Assembly: GCA_964016885.1 (NCBI GenBank)
Contig: OZ024746.1
Coordinates: forward strand, 97,960,001-98,024,000
Direction of reading: 5' to 3'
DNA: 64,000 bases
Origin: Eledone cirrhosa
Lineage: Eukaryota
The position numbers were made by a program, and so were the translations under genes. Positions 11,341-25,752 of the stretch are shown piece by piece (position 1 is the first letter of the stretch; every line of letters starts with the position of its first letter). The notes under the pieces are model-generated. The model had not been told where the DNA came from. It saw nothing but the letters and a program-made list of their open reading frames with translations, and ran no database searches.

Positions 11341-12483
11341 TGTCTGTCGTTAATATAAAATATAATACTGTATGGTCGGCTTCTTCTGTCGTCATCACCT
11401 CTGCCTTCACTCACCTCCCCAACACTCCTTCAGTCAACAGCTAAAAAGGTCATAATAATATGTGTAAGTAAAGTGTAAGTAAAGTATTAATGTTGAAGTC
11501 TACGGCTGAGCTATTAACAATGCTTTAGTGTTCTCCAACTAGTCCAGCTATCAACATCTCTGGCAAAGTGGATTGGCAGTATCGGTAGAGGGTCAGACGC
11601 CATGCTTTGAAGCATAGAGTTACGTCCCTTTATGATCTGAGTTCAAATCTCGCTGAGGTTAACTTTGCCTTTCATCCTTACGGGGTCGATAAAATAAAGT
11701 ACCAGTAATGTACTGGAGTAATTGCTGGTCTTGTGTCAAAAGTATTAACAATTATCTCTGGCAAATGAACGTCGAAATAATATATTATGCCGTCAAATAT
11801 GAAATATGTAGAAATTTTTTTTTTTTCTTTCTACAAATTTGTAGAAAAAATTTTTTTTTCTATAAATTTCTACAAATTTCATACTTGACGACCCAATAAT
11901 ATATATTTCAAAATCTATCTACAGTCTGTTCGATTTTTACGCGAACTTGAATTTACGCGAATTTGCTTTAACGCCTCTCATGCCAACACAAGAGCAAGAA
12001 TGAGGGGCTCATTCTACTGACATGGCTTTAAAAAAGAAGCTGTTTGCAGAATTGCAAACAAATCGAATATTATTATTAATACTGGATTGGCAGTATTGGT
12101 AGATGGTCGGACGCCATACTTTGACGCATATAGTTACGGCCCTTGCCATTCTGAGTTCAAATCCCGCCGAGGTTAACTTTGCCTTTCATCTTTACGTGGT
12201 CGATAAAATAAAGTACCAGTAATACACTGGGATAATTGCTGGCCTTGTGCCAAAAGTAGAAACAATTATATTATTGATTCTTGAAAAGTATACGACACGA
12301 AAGGCGGCGAATTGGCAGAGTCGTTAGAACGCCGGGTGGATTGCTCTGCGGTGTTTGGCTCACTACCGAAACACTCAACAATATCATATTTCTATATGAA
12401 TTACTAATTGTAAACCTTTTTCTCGCCACTGAAATGTCGATGTTATTAACAAAACCAAATGATTCGTTGTGAGTATATATATG

Positions 12484-12517
<34 letters not shown>

Positions 12518-12572
12518 CTACCATGACTGAATCTTAACCATCTACTATGTCAGGGTATGTCATGCATCATCT

Positions 12573-12639
12573 TATTTTATCTGATGAGGACGTGCTGTTG
12601 AAGTTAACTCAGTACCTCTGAAATATGTATAATAAAATA
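12573..12639 (+). ncRNA. Minimal hammerhead motif in a short element between (TA)n tracts
   Basis: TATTTTAT-CTGATGA-ggacgtgctg...cagtacctct-GAAA-TATGTA-TA-ATAAAATA. A related mutated copy (CAGACGA) is at 34808-34870. Confidence 0.7.
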
Positions 12640-12879
12640 TACTTGATTACAAGAATATCTATTTTGTTAATATTTTGAATTAATATTAATAACTCTGGAA
12701 AACCAATATTGTTGAGTGCTTCCAATCTATTGTAAAAATCATTCTTTGATTTATTCATTGAACCTTGTTTAACTTTTAAATATATATATATGTATATATA
12801 TAACAAAGGATGTGTGGTAAGCAACCAGTTGGACCATAACGCAGCAGAGTATTCAATACTTAGGGTAGTAGAGTGGGAA

Positions 12880-13003
12880 ATAGGAAAATGTTTGACACCG
12901 ACTGCAGAGCTCAAGCCGTTTTGACGGCTATTTCTAGACTCTAGTCCAGAAATAGCCGTCGAAACGGCTTGAGCTCTGCCGTCGGGGTCAAACATTTTCC
13001 TAT
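12880..13003. repeat. Imperfect palindrome (~60-bp arms) made of the 3' half of the 42.8-kb-type hammerhead terminus
   Basis: AGGAAAATGTTTGAC...GAGCTCAAGCCGTTT... mirrored by ...GAAACGGCTTGAGCTC...GTCAAACATTTTCCT. The same half-motif occurs at ~20137-20196 (+) and ~61579-61640 (-). Confidence 0.85.
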
Positions 13004-13179
13004 ATGTATATATATATATGGCGGCGGCGAATTGGCAGATTCGTTAGAACGCGGATAGAATGCGTTGCGATATTCGTTCCGGCTCTCTGAGGTAACTTTG
13101 CCTTTCACCTATTCGAGGTCGATAAAAAAAGTACCAGTATGGGGTCGAATCTTCCTCTATATCTCTTTCTTATCTCCTT

Positions 13180-13292
<113 letters not shown>

Positions 13293-15574
13293 AACCTTCT
13301 CTGGAAGACAACAACTGTATTCAGACCTGGAGAAGAGATGAGCTCCGCCAGGTTTTAAAATGCCATAGAAACGTCGTATTTCAATAAGGTGCCCCTAGGA
13401 CTCCCTCATGAGTTACCGTACCATTCCATGTCTCTAGGCAACAATTTGACTGCAACACATTAATAAGTATAATCTTTGCATTAGTTTACTACGAATGTTT
13501 CCGACGATCTGTCTACTAATAAAGATAATATAATCATTTGGTAAGGTCCTCTACCTTCGGGTGGGGTGGTAGGGGCGCCGTAGTGACATATGGCGTTTCT
13601 TGGACATTTTAAGTTCGACGGAGCCCGTACCTTTACACCCATCCCTCTCAAGGCCTGACTTATGCCAATTTCTTCCAGACAAAGATAAAAAGTGACAGAG
13701 AGGAAGTAAGAAAGAAATATAGAAGAAGAATCGACCACAGTACTAGACTGCTACTTTTTTTCATCGACCTCGGCGGGATTTGAACCCAGGGAGGGGAGAG
13801 TCGGAATGAATAACTCTATCCAACGTTCTAACGACTCTGCCAAGTCGCTGCCGTTGAAGATATGAATATTTCCTATAATGGTTTCTTATATAGGCACTAG
13901 GCCAATAATATTGCGGGAGAGGAAAGTCGATTAAATCGACCCCAGTGTGTGACTGGTACTTTATTTTATCGACCCCGTAAGGATGAAAGGCAAAGTTAAC
14001 CTCGGCGGGATTTGAACTCAGAATGGCAAGGGCCGTAACTCTATGCGTCAAAGCATGGCGTCCGACCCTCTACCGATACTGCCCTAGTATTTCCTATGAT
14101 AAAACACAAAATCTGTTCGTTGTTTTTTCATGCTGTGATATGAATGGACGCTTTTGAACAGCACACAGACTGTTGTTAAAGTTATCTCCCCTGATTAACT
14201 CTCTCAGATTGTTGTTACTATCGTTGCTGTTGATGTTAGCATTATTGTTGTTAATGGTGATGATGATGCTCTTTAGCACAGATCAATCCGTTTATTCGTA
14301 TATCAAGGACTGCGTTGCATTGTATAATAATATTCTCAGTCTCATTGAAGATATACTGAGGGAAGGGGAGGAAAAACCAACCACACTCACGTTCCACTAC
14401 ACCATAAATAAATCTCGTTGCTACATGAAACATGTTTAAAAATAAACAATTGTATTATTTGCTTTTCTTTTTATTGTTCTACTATTCCCATCACTTCGAA
14501 AGATAAGACTGGGAACGTGTCATCTATGCTTAACTCTCAATACAAATACATTAATAGCATTTTCTTCACACGGAACACGCTCTGGTTTACGTTCGTGTTG
14601 AATTTGTTTTCGGTGTCATTTGAAAAGATGGTGTGTTACATATATATCTGCAGTCTTTCGAATGCTTTGTAAATAATATTAGATTATGTTTATTTCCAGT
14701 TATTTGGAAACAACTACAGTGTTTTTGTTATAATGTAGTCTTATTGGAATATGGAAACAAATCTAAACTGGTGTCACCTACGTTAACATTTCCGAATTAA
14801 ATTAGAAATTAAGATAGATATGTAGATTTAATCTGTCACCTGATTTAACATCACTTTGTCTTCGACAGGGCCGTATAAATACCTGGTGAGGAGCCGAGGC
14901 TTTAAGGTGTTCTAAGCTTCACTCTGGCACCAGTCTTTCAGTCTCACTGCAGTAAAGGAAATTGACGAGTCGTTATACTCCGCAGTGCCGCGGCGAATTG
15001 GCAGTCATTAGAACGTCAGATGCTTTAGGGTATTCGTTCCGACTCTCTGCTCTCTGAGTTCAAAACCCGCCGAGATCAACCCCACCTTTCATCCTTTCGA
15101 GGTCGATAAAAAATGTACCAGTTTAGTACTGGGTCGATACTTCCTTTCTCTGCAAGAAATGTGCTGTACTCAGGCCTGGAGAGGGATGGGCTCCGCCAGG
15201 CTTAAAATACCCAAGAAACGCCGTCTGTCAATATAGGGCGCCACTGCGACTCAGTCGAGAGATACGGGACCTTACCTTACCATAATGTATGATACGGTAT
15301 TGATCCTTGGGTAGATATGCTGAGTCAATACCATTCGGGTCAGAGATCCTGTTTGAAAATGCTGTTACCCATTTCATCCCCCAACACTATCAATGACTTT
15401 GAACAGTGTCATAGGAACTGCCTTCCTCACAAAGTGATAAACTCGAAATGAGTAAAAAAAACATTGTTTTTCTAAGTATAGATATTCATTCTCATGCTTT
15501 TCTATAAGAAATACAATTATAGCACACAGTTATAGATTTTTAAAGTATTCAACAGGTTGTGGAGCAAGCTACTA

Positions 15575-15723
15575 CCGTATTTCGTCCTCGAGGATGCACC
15601 CTAATTTTGACAACCAAAAATTTGAAAAAAAATTATAAACAGCTTTCGGCCTTCAGGACGCATGTGAGATTTTTGAGACTTATTTTAGGAAAAAAGTAGC
15701 GTCTTCGACGCCGGGAAATACGG
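15575..15723. mobile_element. pogo/Tigger-like MITE
   Basis: TA-CCGTATTTC ... GAAATACGG-TA. Confidence 0.65.
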
Positions 15724-16109
15724 TATATGATACGTTGAAGATATGATATAGTATACTCCCATAACTCCTGATAGAGTCGTAGGGACGCCGTATTGACATA
15801 CAGCGTTTCTTGGGTATTTTAAGCCTGGCGGAGCCCATCCCTCTCCAGGTCTGAGTACTGCAGATTTCTTCCAGAGAAAGATAGAAAGTGAGAGAGGAAA
15901 TGAGAAAGAGATATAGAGGAAGAATCAACCCCAGTACTAGACTGGTACTTTTTTTATCGAACTTGAAGAGATGAAAGGCAAAGTTGACCTCGGCGGGATT
16001 TGAACTCAGAGAGCAGAGAGCCGAAACTAATACCATAAAGTATTCTATCTGACATTGTAATGACTCTGACAATTCGCCGCCTTGAAGATATACATAGGCC
16101 AAATCTGAG

Positions 16110-16620
16110 TGAAGCCATTAATCAGGCTTACGAGAAAGCAACTAACAGAGTTCTTGGTTAGGGTAAAATAGGAGAATGTTTCCATACGGGGGCTGGTGTT
16201 CAACAGTGATGTCTACTATCACCAATACTTTTCAATGTATTCATGGACTGCAGATTGACTGAAGCCCTTAAAGGACATATTATCCCCTTCAGTATTGGAG
16301 GGCACAGTAATCGCAATCTCAGATTCGCCGATGATATCGATGGACCAGCAGGTAACAAAATATATCTTGCCAGTTTAGTATACTACCTAGATAAAACCGC
16401 CACCAAAGAAGGAATGGATATTAACCCTGGGAATAAAAAAAAAATCATGACAAACAACTAAGGCAGGATTGATATCAGAATCTCTGTTAAGAGCCAGGAG
16501 CTTGAGACGGCTGACCATTTCAAATAACTAGGCGCCGTTATCACCGAAGAAATGTCAAAGCAAGAATTCCTCTCAAAACCTATTCAAGCATCACCAGCAT
16601 TAGCAAGGTTAAGACAAGAA
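16110..16620 (+). mobile_element. Decayed LINE reverse-transcriptase fragment (RTE-like)
   Basis: GV.Q*CLLSPILFNVFMD...SIGGHSNRNLRFADDID...GMDINPG...K.M...LET.DHFK*LG, with stops. Confidence 0.8.
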
Positions 16621-19186
16621 TATCAGTCTTCTTCTTCTTCTTCTTCTCCTCCTTCTCCTCCCGCACCCTCCTCCTCCCTATGTCTCTCATTTGACATCCC
16701 CACCAAAACATGTAATGATTATAGAACAGGCAAACTAAAACACCCAATGTCGTCGTCTTCTTCGTCTCTTTCATTTCCCTCTCCTTCTCAGGTTCGTGAG
16801 GGCAGAGTCCATGTACCGGCTAATAATGGTTTCTTATATATGCACAAGGCCATCAATTTTGGTGAGGGGAAAGTCGATTAAATTGGCCCCAGTACGTAAC
16901 CCCGTAATGATAAAAGGCAAAGTCAACCGGGGCAGGATTTGAGCTCAGATCATAAAGGGCCATAACTCTGTGCTACAAAGCATGGTGTCCAACCCTCTAC
17001 CGATACTGCCAATCCACCGCCTTCATGTACCGGCTAATAATAAAATATGTTCACAGAATCATTTTAAAAATAAAAAAAAAATTATGTTAGTACTTATAGT
17101 TTCAGTTTGCTAAAGTAGAAGCAGCTTTATTTGAGAATGAAGTCCGTATATTTCTTGGTGCCAATGTCTTTCTGCACCACATTTTTTATCAATCATAACC
17201 CAGGGAAATGTTCTATAAATATTTCATTACATTTCACTCTCCAGCTTGATTAGTTTAATTGTTAAATCTCATTAATGACAATAGTAATAACTACAGTTTT
17301 ATTAGATTCTACCAAATTTACTTTTTTAGTTTCAGAGCTAATGATGAGCTTCTACGAGAAAAAGAAGAAAAAGAAGAAGAACCTGAAAGGATGAAGTAGA
17401 AAATAGACGTCGGAGGTATTTAATCCAACGATATAACCACTCAACCAATTCACCGCCTTTTCATATTTGGGTGGGAAATAATCTGTTTTTACCGTATGAC
17501 ACCTAAGAGTAGGAGAACTGAAGCTTAAAGGGAACGCCATACATTATAGTTCTCAGGGAGATTCAGCATGACACATTGTGGATGGTCATTTGAATTACAC
17601 GTACAACCAATTTTCTCCAGCTGAGGCAACGTGAAAATATAATTGTTTCTACTTTTGGCACAAGGCCAGCAATTACCCAGTGCATTACTGGTACTTTATT
17701 TTATCGACCCCCGTAAGGATGAAAGGCAAAGTTAACCTCTGCAGGATTTGAACTCAGAATGTAAAGGACTACAACGCTCTACCGATTCTGCCAATCCACC
17801 TTGCTGAAGGACACTTCGGGATGCACGGTCGGTCTATGAATCGAACACAGGATCTTAGATCGTAAGCCGAACATCATAACCACTAAGCCACGTGCCTGTC
17901 AAGAATGTAATATGAGCAACAACCAAAGCTCGAGGCTTCACCTAGTAAAAAGCGCAATCACAGCAGCATCCCTTTTCTCTTCTTCACATCGCTGTATATA
18001 TTTCCAAAGAAATCATCAACTTTAGATTTGCTAACGTTGCAGAATAGCTGGCTGTAAATCACACACATTTCCATAGATTATTATATTTCCTGATATATAT
18101 ATCTCAACATCGCTTCATATAATTATAAAGACTATATTTCGAAATTGATGGCAAGAGTATATGTCGTATTAGAAATTATAAGATGGTATGAAATCAATAT
18201 TCTTCTGCTAAAAACAAGATGTTATTCTCATCTTAATTATTAGTATAAACAGATGCGTTACTAAATAATGGATTATTGTGTTCAATACTAATTTTATTGG
18301 GTGTTATAACAGGTAGAGCTTTAGACAGAACACCTAGCGGTATATCGTTCTGTCACTTTACGTTCCGATTTCAAAACCTGCAGGAGTCGACTTTATCTTC
18401 AATAGTTCTGTGTTTGGACAGAAAACGTACCAGTCAATTACTGGTAAATATATTAGACTATTCTCTTCTTCATCCTCGCCCACTTATTCCTAAGAGGGTC
18501 GTAGGGGCAGAGTCCTTAAACACTCCTTCCAGCGGGTGACTGTCTCCAACTGATCCAGCTGGATCCTCAAGTGAGACCAGCCAAGTCATAGATGTTATCC
18601 AACCATCTTGCTTGGGGTCTACCCCTGCGTCTCCTACATGGGTCTGTGCGATCTGAGTTCAAATCCTGTCAAGGTCCACTCTACCTTTTATCTTTTTGAA
18701 ATCGATACATATTACCAATAAAGTGATGGTGCAACCCTCTCTCCTTCCAGATATCACATCCTTGATGTTCTGTTCGATGAAGTCATAATGATGATCGAAA
18801 GGATGATCGAAAGGATGATCGAAAGGATGATCGAAAGACATAATCGATTGCGAGTGACCGCTGCAGATTTTTTGTCGTTTGGTATACTGGAATACAGGAA
18901 TACTGGAATAATGGAATACTGGAATACTGGTTGAAGTATTGTTTAATGTGTAACAAGCTGTTAGGAACTGTTATAAGATGCAGGTTGAAACTAAGCCAAA
19001 TCTTGATGAAATGATGAGAGGCGGGGTAACTAGTGAAGTTTAATTCTCTATTGATCATTCTCAAATAATTTTGTTCCTGTTCTCCAAATTAGGCAGTGAA
19101 GTGGCAGAGCCGTTAGGGCGCCAGATAGAATATTCTGGTCGATAAATAAAGTATCAGTCAAGTATTGGGGTCTATTCCTCTCCTCT

Positions 19187-19296
<110 letters not shown>

Positions 19297-20193
19297 AAGA
19301 AATTAGTTATGGTCAACCTGGTAAACGGCGGACATCACTAGGTTTACAATACCGAAGACTTGACGTCTGCCATGATGGCGCCCCTATGACTCCATTAAGA
19401 GTTAAGTGATCTGTAATAATGACAATAATTTCCTATTAAACTGTTTAACTTGAGTCCACAAAGATGACGGAACGTTTACAGTGGGTTTAAATTCTTTATT
19501 GGAAACCTACAAATAAGTAGTTATATACAGTTGAGAACATTCAGACTAGAGGTGAAATGGAAGGAGAGGAAGAGGGGAGGGGAGACTGGGCAGTAAGAGT
19601 GAGAGTGATTGAGAGAGAGTGAGAGGGGATGATAAGAAGTGAGAAAAAGAAAAGGAGAGAGAGAGATAGAGAGAGAGAGAAAGAGCGAGGGTGGAGAAGG
19701 ATAAGAAGAAAGAAAGAGAAAAAGGAGAGAGAAAGAGAGAGGTGGGGGGGGGGGGGTAAGAAGAAAGAAAGAACAGAATGAAGAAATAAATAAAGAATTT
19801 TTATTATTATTGTTTATTATATTGGTTGATCTTGGAGAGAAGAATTTAGAAAGAAAACAAAAAAATGTATTGATTTCTTATTTAAACATTTAAAGAAGAT
19901 TAGAAATAGATTGTGTGGCATTCATGCCTTTCAGTTAATTAAGTGAAGTGTGAAAAAGTTAAATGAAGTGAAATGGTTTCAATCAAAACATCGAGATTGA
20001 GTTGCACACTGATTTATTTTTCGCTTGGAAGAAGAAGAGGAAATTAGTACCTAGTGATCTGTATGTGTATTCCATAGCAATCGTGGACTCCGTCATGCCA
20101 AATTAGTAACGAGTGATCTGTATATGTAGTCCAGAAGTCCAGAAATAGCTGTCGAAACGGCTTGAGCTCTGCCGTCGAGGTCTTGAACATTTT

Positions 20194-20229
<36 letters not shown>

Positions 20230-20508
20230 ACCCACAGGTACCATAAAATATTCAACAGGCACACGGTGAAACTATCCTACTCAACCACACGCTCCGAAGC
20301 CCAGCACATAGCCGGCATAAATAGGAGTAGGCCCACTGCCTCTAATACCACCGTAAACCCCGGAGCCACCCAACGGAACCAGCACACAGGACGCACCAGG
20401 CCCAACTAGCACAGCGCAATCCAACGACCCTGTGCTGAATGCGGCGGCTACCCAGCCAACCCCACCTGATGGTAACCCCACGGTACATATGCAGGGCTTA
20501 AAAAGTCA

Positions 20509-21012
20509 TGCAATTGCAGAGACCCATCACTATGCCCCCTTAGTAATGAATGCATGACGATAAACGTAGCCTACAGGTGCAAGGTCACAACCACTAACTC
20601 GGAGCACCACTACATAGGATCCACGGCGACGAGCTTCAAAGATAGGTGGTATAACCATCGCCACTCCTTTAACAGAATAGAAAAGAGGAAATGTACGGCC
20701 CTTTCTGAATTGATCTGGAAGCTCAAACTTGAAGGGATCCTGTACTCTTTGGTCTGGTCCGTGGTTAGAAAGGTTCCCCCAGACAGAGGTGGGTCTGGTA
20801 TTTGCAACCTCTGTCTTAGTGAGACACTCGAGATACTTCATGGCGGAACCAAGCTATTAAACAGAAGGGCCGACTTATTCGGCACCTGCAGACACACCTT
20901 AGGACGGGAACTTTCCTCAAGCTATATGGATAAACCCCGGTTACGGCCTCCCACAACGCTCCCCCCCCAACCACCCCTTAGTAGTAATTTCGGCACCCCT
21001 TTAATAGGCTAG
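20509..21012 (+). pseudogene. GIY-YIG endonuclease domain of a Penelope-like element (RT missing, stops upstream)
   Basis: VAY...YIG-T...FK-R...H motif with flanking Cys clusters; in-frame stops at ~20407 and ~20467-20475 upstream. Confidence 0.8.
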
Positions 21013-22332
21013 CACCGCCCCGTACTTTTTAACACACAATGCCCCCATAGGCCCACTCCCGTAGCTCCTCACATACTGGGCAAACTCTAATGAACTGGCG
21101 AGAAACATGAAATTGGCAGGGTCCCCCCCCCCCTGTAGGGCTCCCTACACCCCATACCAATGACCAATGGGCAAGAACACCCATCCAAAGTTTGTTGTCC
21201 CCAAAGTGGATTGTCCACCAGATCCTCTACTGGTTAGGAGTCAGCAAAACCACATTTGTTTACACCCCCCCCCCCCCCCGGAGTGGTCCACACAAGAATG
21301 CGTGCCCGCAACCATGCGTTGTGTGTGTATACCGGGATTAGGTGAATGTACACACTCATGTGAACGCAACGAAATACTAATAACCCAGGTTGCATTTGAA
21401 AAATGTTCGAGTGTATGCTTAGGAGTATGTTTGTATATGCTCTCTTGTATGAATGCATGTGTATATAGACATACACACGCATCCAGAGGTATACAAGTAT
21501 GGGTGGGTGCGTGTACCTGTATATGTCTGTACTAAGGGATTCACCAAAGCCCCCAAGCTATTGCTGTGAAGATATATATCACACTCTACCTTTGTCTAGT
21601 CTAAACAATAACTTTTCCAAACACCCACTTTACTTTTCTTTAAAAATAACACCTCATTTTATGTCTGCCATATACTTGGATTTGGGGGCCTCTTTTGTAT
21701 ATATATATGCACTTGTGCGTACATATATATATATACACACCTGTATGGACTTGTGTGTGTAGCTGTGTGTGTCTTGGGGGTGGGTGTGAGTGTATGTACA
21801 AGTCAACCAAGATAAGTCTTTTTATATGTAAACTTTCTAAGTATTTGACTCTAACCATAATTTTCAGTATTACCACCCCACATAAACTCCTCAATTTGTA
21901 TGTGTGGATGTGTGTGTGTCTGTGGGGATGGGTGTGAGTGTATGTGCAAGTCTTTTTATATGTAAATTTTCTAGTATTCTACTCTAACCATAATTTTCAG
22001 TAGTACCACATAAATTCCTCAATTTAAAAATGCCCTGTAGTATCGAATTTCATACTATAAACCTTAATTGAATATATATCTGACCAGGAATGCTTTTTGT
22101 GAAAATCAGTCATATGGAACTATTGTCATCTTGCCTGACGGTTTGAACTTTACAAAACCACCTGCCTCTTTGAGGTCAAATATCAATCCTACTAGCATCT
22201 ACAAACTGACCAATGAGAATTAAGATTATTCCTGCTGACAACATTAAATTATCCCTAACAAGCTCATATGTCTCAAGGCTCTAAAACCATCAACACCAAA
22301 AACCCTGAGCTGGCATATCTAAGAACTTACTG

Positions 22333-22388
22333 ATTGCCTGATGAGGTCATAGCCATACAGTGGCTATCATCGAAATATATATAGCAGT
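22333..22388 (+). ncRNA. Minimal hammerhead at the 3' end of the GIY-YIG Penelope-like element
   Basis: ATTGC-CTGATGA-ggtcATAGCCAtacagTGGCTATcatc-GAAA-TATATA-TA-GCAGT. A 5'-truncated copy of the same terminus sits between (TA)n tracts at 968-1061. Confidence 0.75.
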
Positions 22389-22431
22389 AAATAAAGGATT
22401 ATGAGTTCATACAATTGACTTATGTTTCGTC

Positions 22432-22510
<79 letters not shown>

Positions 22511-25500
22511 GTTCTGATGAAGGAGTTGGAATATATGGTTTTTAGTAGGCTTAATTTGTCACCTGCTTTTACCCCATAACCTGGTCTTTGAGTGCCTTTA
22601 GTAGAGGTTATTATGTAGCAAACATTCAGGTCAGGTCTTCTGCCTGAAGAGCACGTTAATTTCACAAGCAGGCTGTTCCGTTGATTGGATCAACTGGAAC
22701 ACTCGTCGTCGTAACAGACGGAGTGCCGCTACTGTTATCAATATATTGCGAAATTCTACATATTTAAACTTAATTTCTAATATAAGAAGCAATGTATTTT
22801 AACTTATAGTGTGAACAGAAGAGCAGTGAAGACATTACATCTACCTGGTATGGTATGGTCCCATAACTCCTGATAGAGTTGTAGGGGGCGTCGTATTGCC
22901 ATACAGCGTTTCTTGGGTATTTTAAGCCTGGCGGACCCTACCCCTCTCCAGGCCTGAGTACAACAGATTTCTTCCAGAGAAAGATAGAAAGTGAGAGAGA
23001 GGAAATGAGAAAGAGATATAGAGGAAGAATCGACCCCAGTACTAGACTGGTACTTTTTTTTATCGCCCTCGAAAGGATGAAAGACAAAGTTGACCTCAGT
23101 GGGATTTGAACTCAGAGAGCAGAGAGCCGGAATGAATACCATAAAGTTTTCTATCTGACGGTCTAACGACTCAGCCATTCTATCCGACGGTCTAATGACT
23201 CAGCCAATTCGCCGCCTTAAAATTCTACGTATATAAACTTAATTTCTCATATAAGAAATAATGCATTTTAACGTATAGTGTGAACAGAAGAGCAGTGAAT
23301 ACATTACATCTACCCGAGGCTATGGTAAATGACACTTACCAAGATGATCCACTCGGGACGTAATAATTCCAAGCGAATTCCTTAACAATTCAACCTTGCT
23401 GCGTTCACAATAATCTGTAACGTATAATATAAACAAAATGGCAGTGAAAACTGTACATCGACTATGCAAGGGAGAGAGAGGAGGGCAGAGGGTGAGGGAG
23501 AGAGAGAGGAGGGCAGAGGGTGAGAGAGAGAGAGAGAGAGTGTCTTATTTCTGGCTAAAAGATATCAATATTAATATAAACAAGGAAGCCGGCCAGAACA
23601 TCTGATATAATGTTTGGAGAAAATATTTACTATTTCTCAACTAGAACATGAATAGAGTTAATTTAGAAATATATTACATTTTTTCCTTCTATATTTTCTT
23701 TCCCGTTCTCTATTTTTTAATCAGCGAAATTTCCATTCTTAAGGCACTCTCCTTTCGATTACAAGAAACAACCTTTTAAGGTTACTTTGACACGGACGTA
23801 GTATTAATGAGTTTTCTATCGAAAATAGAAATTCACATTGAAGAGATTAAGAAAAGAAAAAAAAATGATATTAATTTACTAATGCTGTAGTTTCACCGCG
23901 GTTTTCTTTTAAAGCCCATTATAAATGACTGCGATATTCTTAGATTTTTATGATTTTACATTTCCCCATCGACCGCCGCCATTACTCAAATGAAAAATAA
24001 AGTGAAATGAACTGAAAATGAAATTTCCAACACACCTATGCAAGTTTAGCCTCATACGAAGTGTTTTGGATGTACAACTGATAAGGGCCCTATTCTGTTG
24101 TTGTTATTGCAGCTCACACATATTCAGATTTAGCCAGGTCACATAGGAGGTGTCGGGGATGTTTTAGTGAGAGGGGTCCCAGATGTTGCTGTTAGGGCTC
24201 ACACTTATGCAAGTCTAGCCTGGCCTCCTATGAGGTTAATCTCAAAGTAAACATCTCGGGTGTTTTAATGATACATGGGCTATATATGGACTATAGTCCT
24301 CTCATGCAAAAAGAAAGTAAAAGGTCTTGCTCAAGAACACAAATGCACCACCCGGTCGAGGAACTGAAACCCCGACAGGGTGATCACGAGTCCAACACTT
24401 TAACCACCATGCCGTACACCTTCACCCTATTGTTGAAGGAACTCCATTTCTCTTATCATTGCATCAATTGAAGTGATTTTTCTTGTCGTTGTTGAGGCTT
24501 TTGTTTCATTTGATAGAAGCCGAAAGTTTGATAAACGAAGAAAAGTTATTTTATAAAACCACATTAGATTGTACATTTTAATATATAATCACTAAACTTC
24601 CGTAGTTTTACTAACGATCGATTTGTTATATCAGATTATTTCTAATTTCTAATGAATTTTTTTCTTCTCTTTCCAATAGTGATAGTATAATCGATAAAAT
24701 TGCCATTTATATAATTTCACAAGCAACAGGCTCTTTTCCGGCTTAGTCATACTAATCATGTTGATCATGAAGTATGTATGTTTAATCCGATTTCATCGGT
24801 TCCGTAGACGAAATTCTGTGATGATAAAGTATTTATAAGAAAATGGCATGAATGATGTTATTTGCGATATTCTCTTCAAGAGAAAAGACTGAAAGTCGAT
24901 ATATACTTTAGTGGCAATCTAATCTCCCACCATACTCCCCACTTGCTAATTGAGACCATTTGTCTTGAATAAAGGAGTCGACAAAATACTGGCCAATGTT
25001 ACACATGAATAGAGTAAGAAGCTGAAACTCATTAAATGCGTAATGGAAAATATGGGGAGAAATAGAAGTTGACTATAAAATGATGTATTGCATCCTTTTA
25101 GATAAAACGTTGTAGTGCTGAATAGGAACATAAGGACATATTAAATAGATTACTTACTTAGTCCCGACTTCACAATTACATAATATTGAAACCTGTCTGG
25201 TGGGTATTAGGAATGTCATTGAGTTCAACTGAGGGTCAAACCTGATACACTGACTTTGCTTATCGACCGCTAACGAAGAAATGAATAATAATTATTTCTA
25301 ACTAGCAGAAAAACCACCCTGGTTTTCTGATAGTTAGAAATAATTATTATTCATTTCTTTAGAAATAATTATTATTCTGATATTAGAAATAATTATTATT
25401 CAAAAACCACCCTTCGTGCATGTAGATATGATACGTTAAGTAAAATCGTAATTGAGAATATGCAGAGAAACTGAAGAGAGACTGTGTTACAGTGTCTTCT

Positions 25501-25532
25501 GTAATCAGTAAAGTAATCCATGATACATTTAA

Positions 25533-25752
25533 CTCTTTAATGTTCAAACCGGCCAAAACCGGCCAGAATTCTCTACCTTTTTCTGTTGAAACTGGCTGTA
25601 ACTGGTCACTCAAACTGATGTTAAGGTATTGTTCCCAAAATATATACTTTCAAAATCTCATAGATTCGATATTATGTGAGATAATTATGTGAGATAAAGT
25701 ATTTACTATGAAAATATAATAGTATATAAAGAGTAATGTGAATGCTAAAGGG
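25533..25752. mobile_element. piggyBac-type MITE (weaker similar element at 2812-3020)
   Basis: TTAA-CTCTTTAATGTTCA ... TGAATGCTAAAGGG-TTAA. Confidence 0.6.

Larger units (their letters stand above)
20228..22435 (+). mobile_element. 5'-truncated Penelope-like retroelement (GIY-YIG endonuclease remnant, 3' UTR, hammerhead-bearing terminus) flanked by (TA)n
   Basis: Starts right after a (TA)n tract with HRYHKIFNRHTVKLSYS, followed by a frameshifted linker, then CNCRDPSLCPLSNECMTINVAYRCKV...HYIGSTATSFKDRWYNHRHSF...TALSELIWKLK...CNLCLSETLEIL...LLNRRADLFGTCRH. A hammerhead lies at 22333-22388 and (TA)n resumes at ~22436. Confidence 0.85.

Noticed and set aside
10237-11444. Long ORFs of 170-370 aa rich in H/T/Y/I or C/V/M
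   Set aside because: Translations of CA/TA microsatellite and the 26-bp minisatellite; the same applies to ORFs at 42.8-43.2, 55.7-56.6, 59.4-59.8 and 62.8-63.2 kb.
15680-16102. Recurrent ORFs containing LSSNPAEVNFAFHP
   Set aside because: Chance translations of the SINE B-box and central domain, repeated wherever the SINE occurs.
18788-18930. 12-bp (GATGATCGAAAG)x4 and ATACTGGA repeats
   Set aside because: Short local slippage repeats; despite GATGA/GAAA words they lack hammerhead stems.
22514-22535. Isolated CTGATGA words (also ~38563 and ~55216)
   Set aside because: No correctly spaced GAAA or closing stems, so not counted as hammerheads.
25285-25412. Triplicated TTAGAAATAATTATTATTC with AAAAACCACCCT
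   Set aside because: Small AT-rich local duplication at a decayed SINE end; no further structure.
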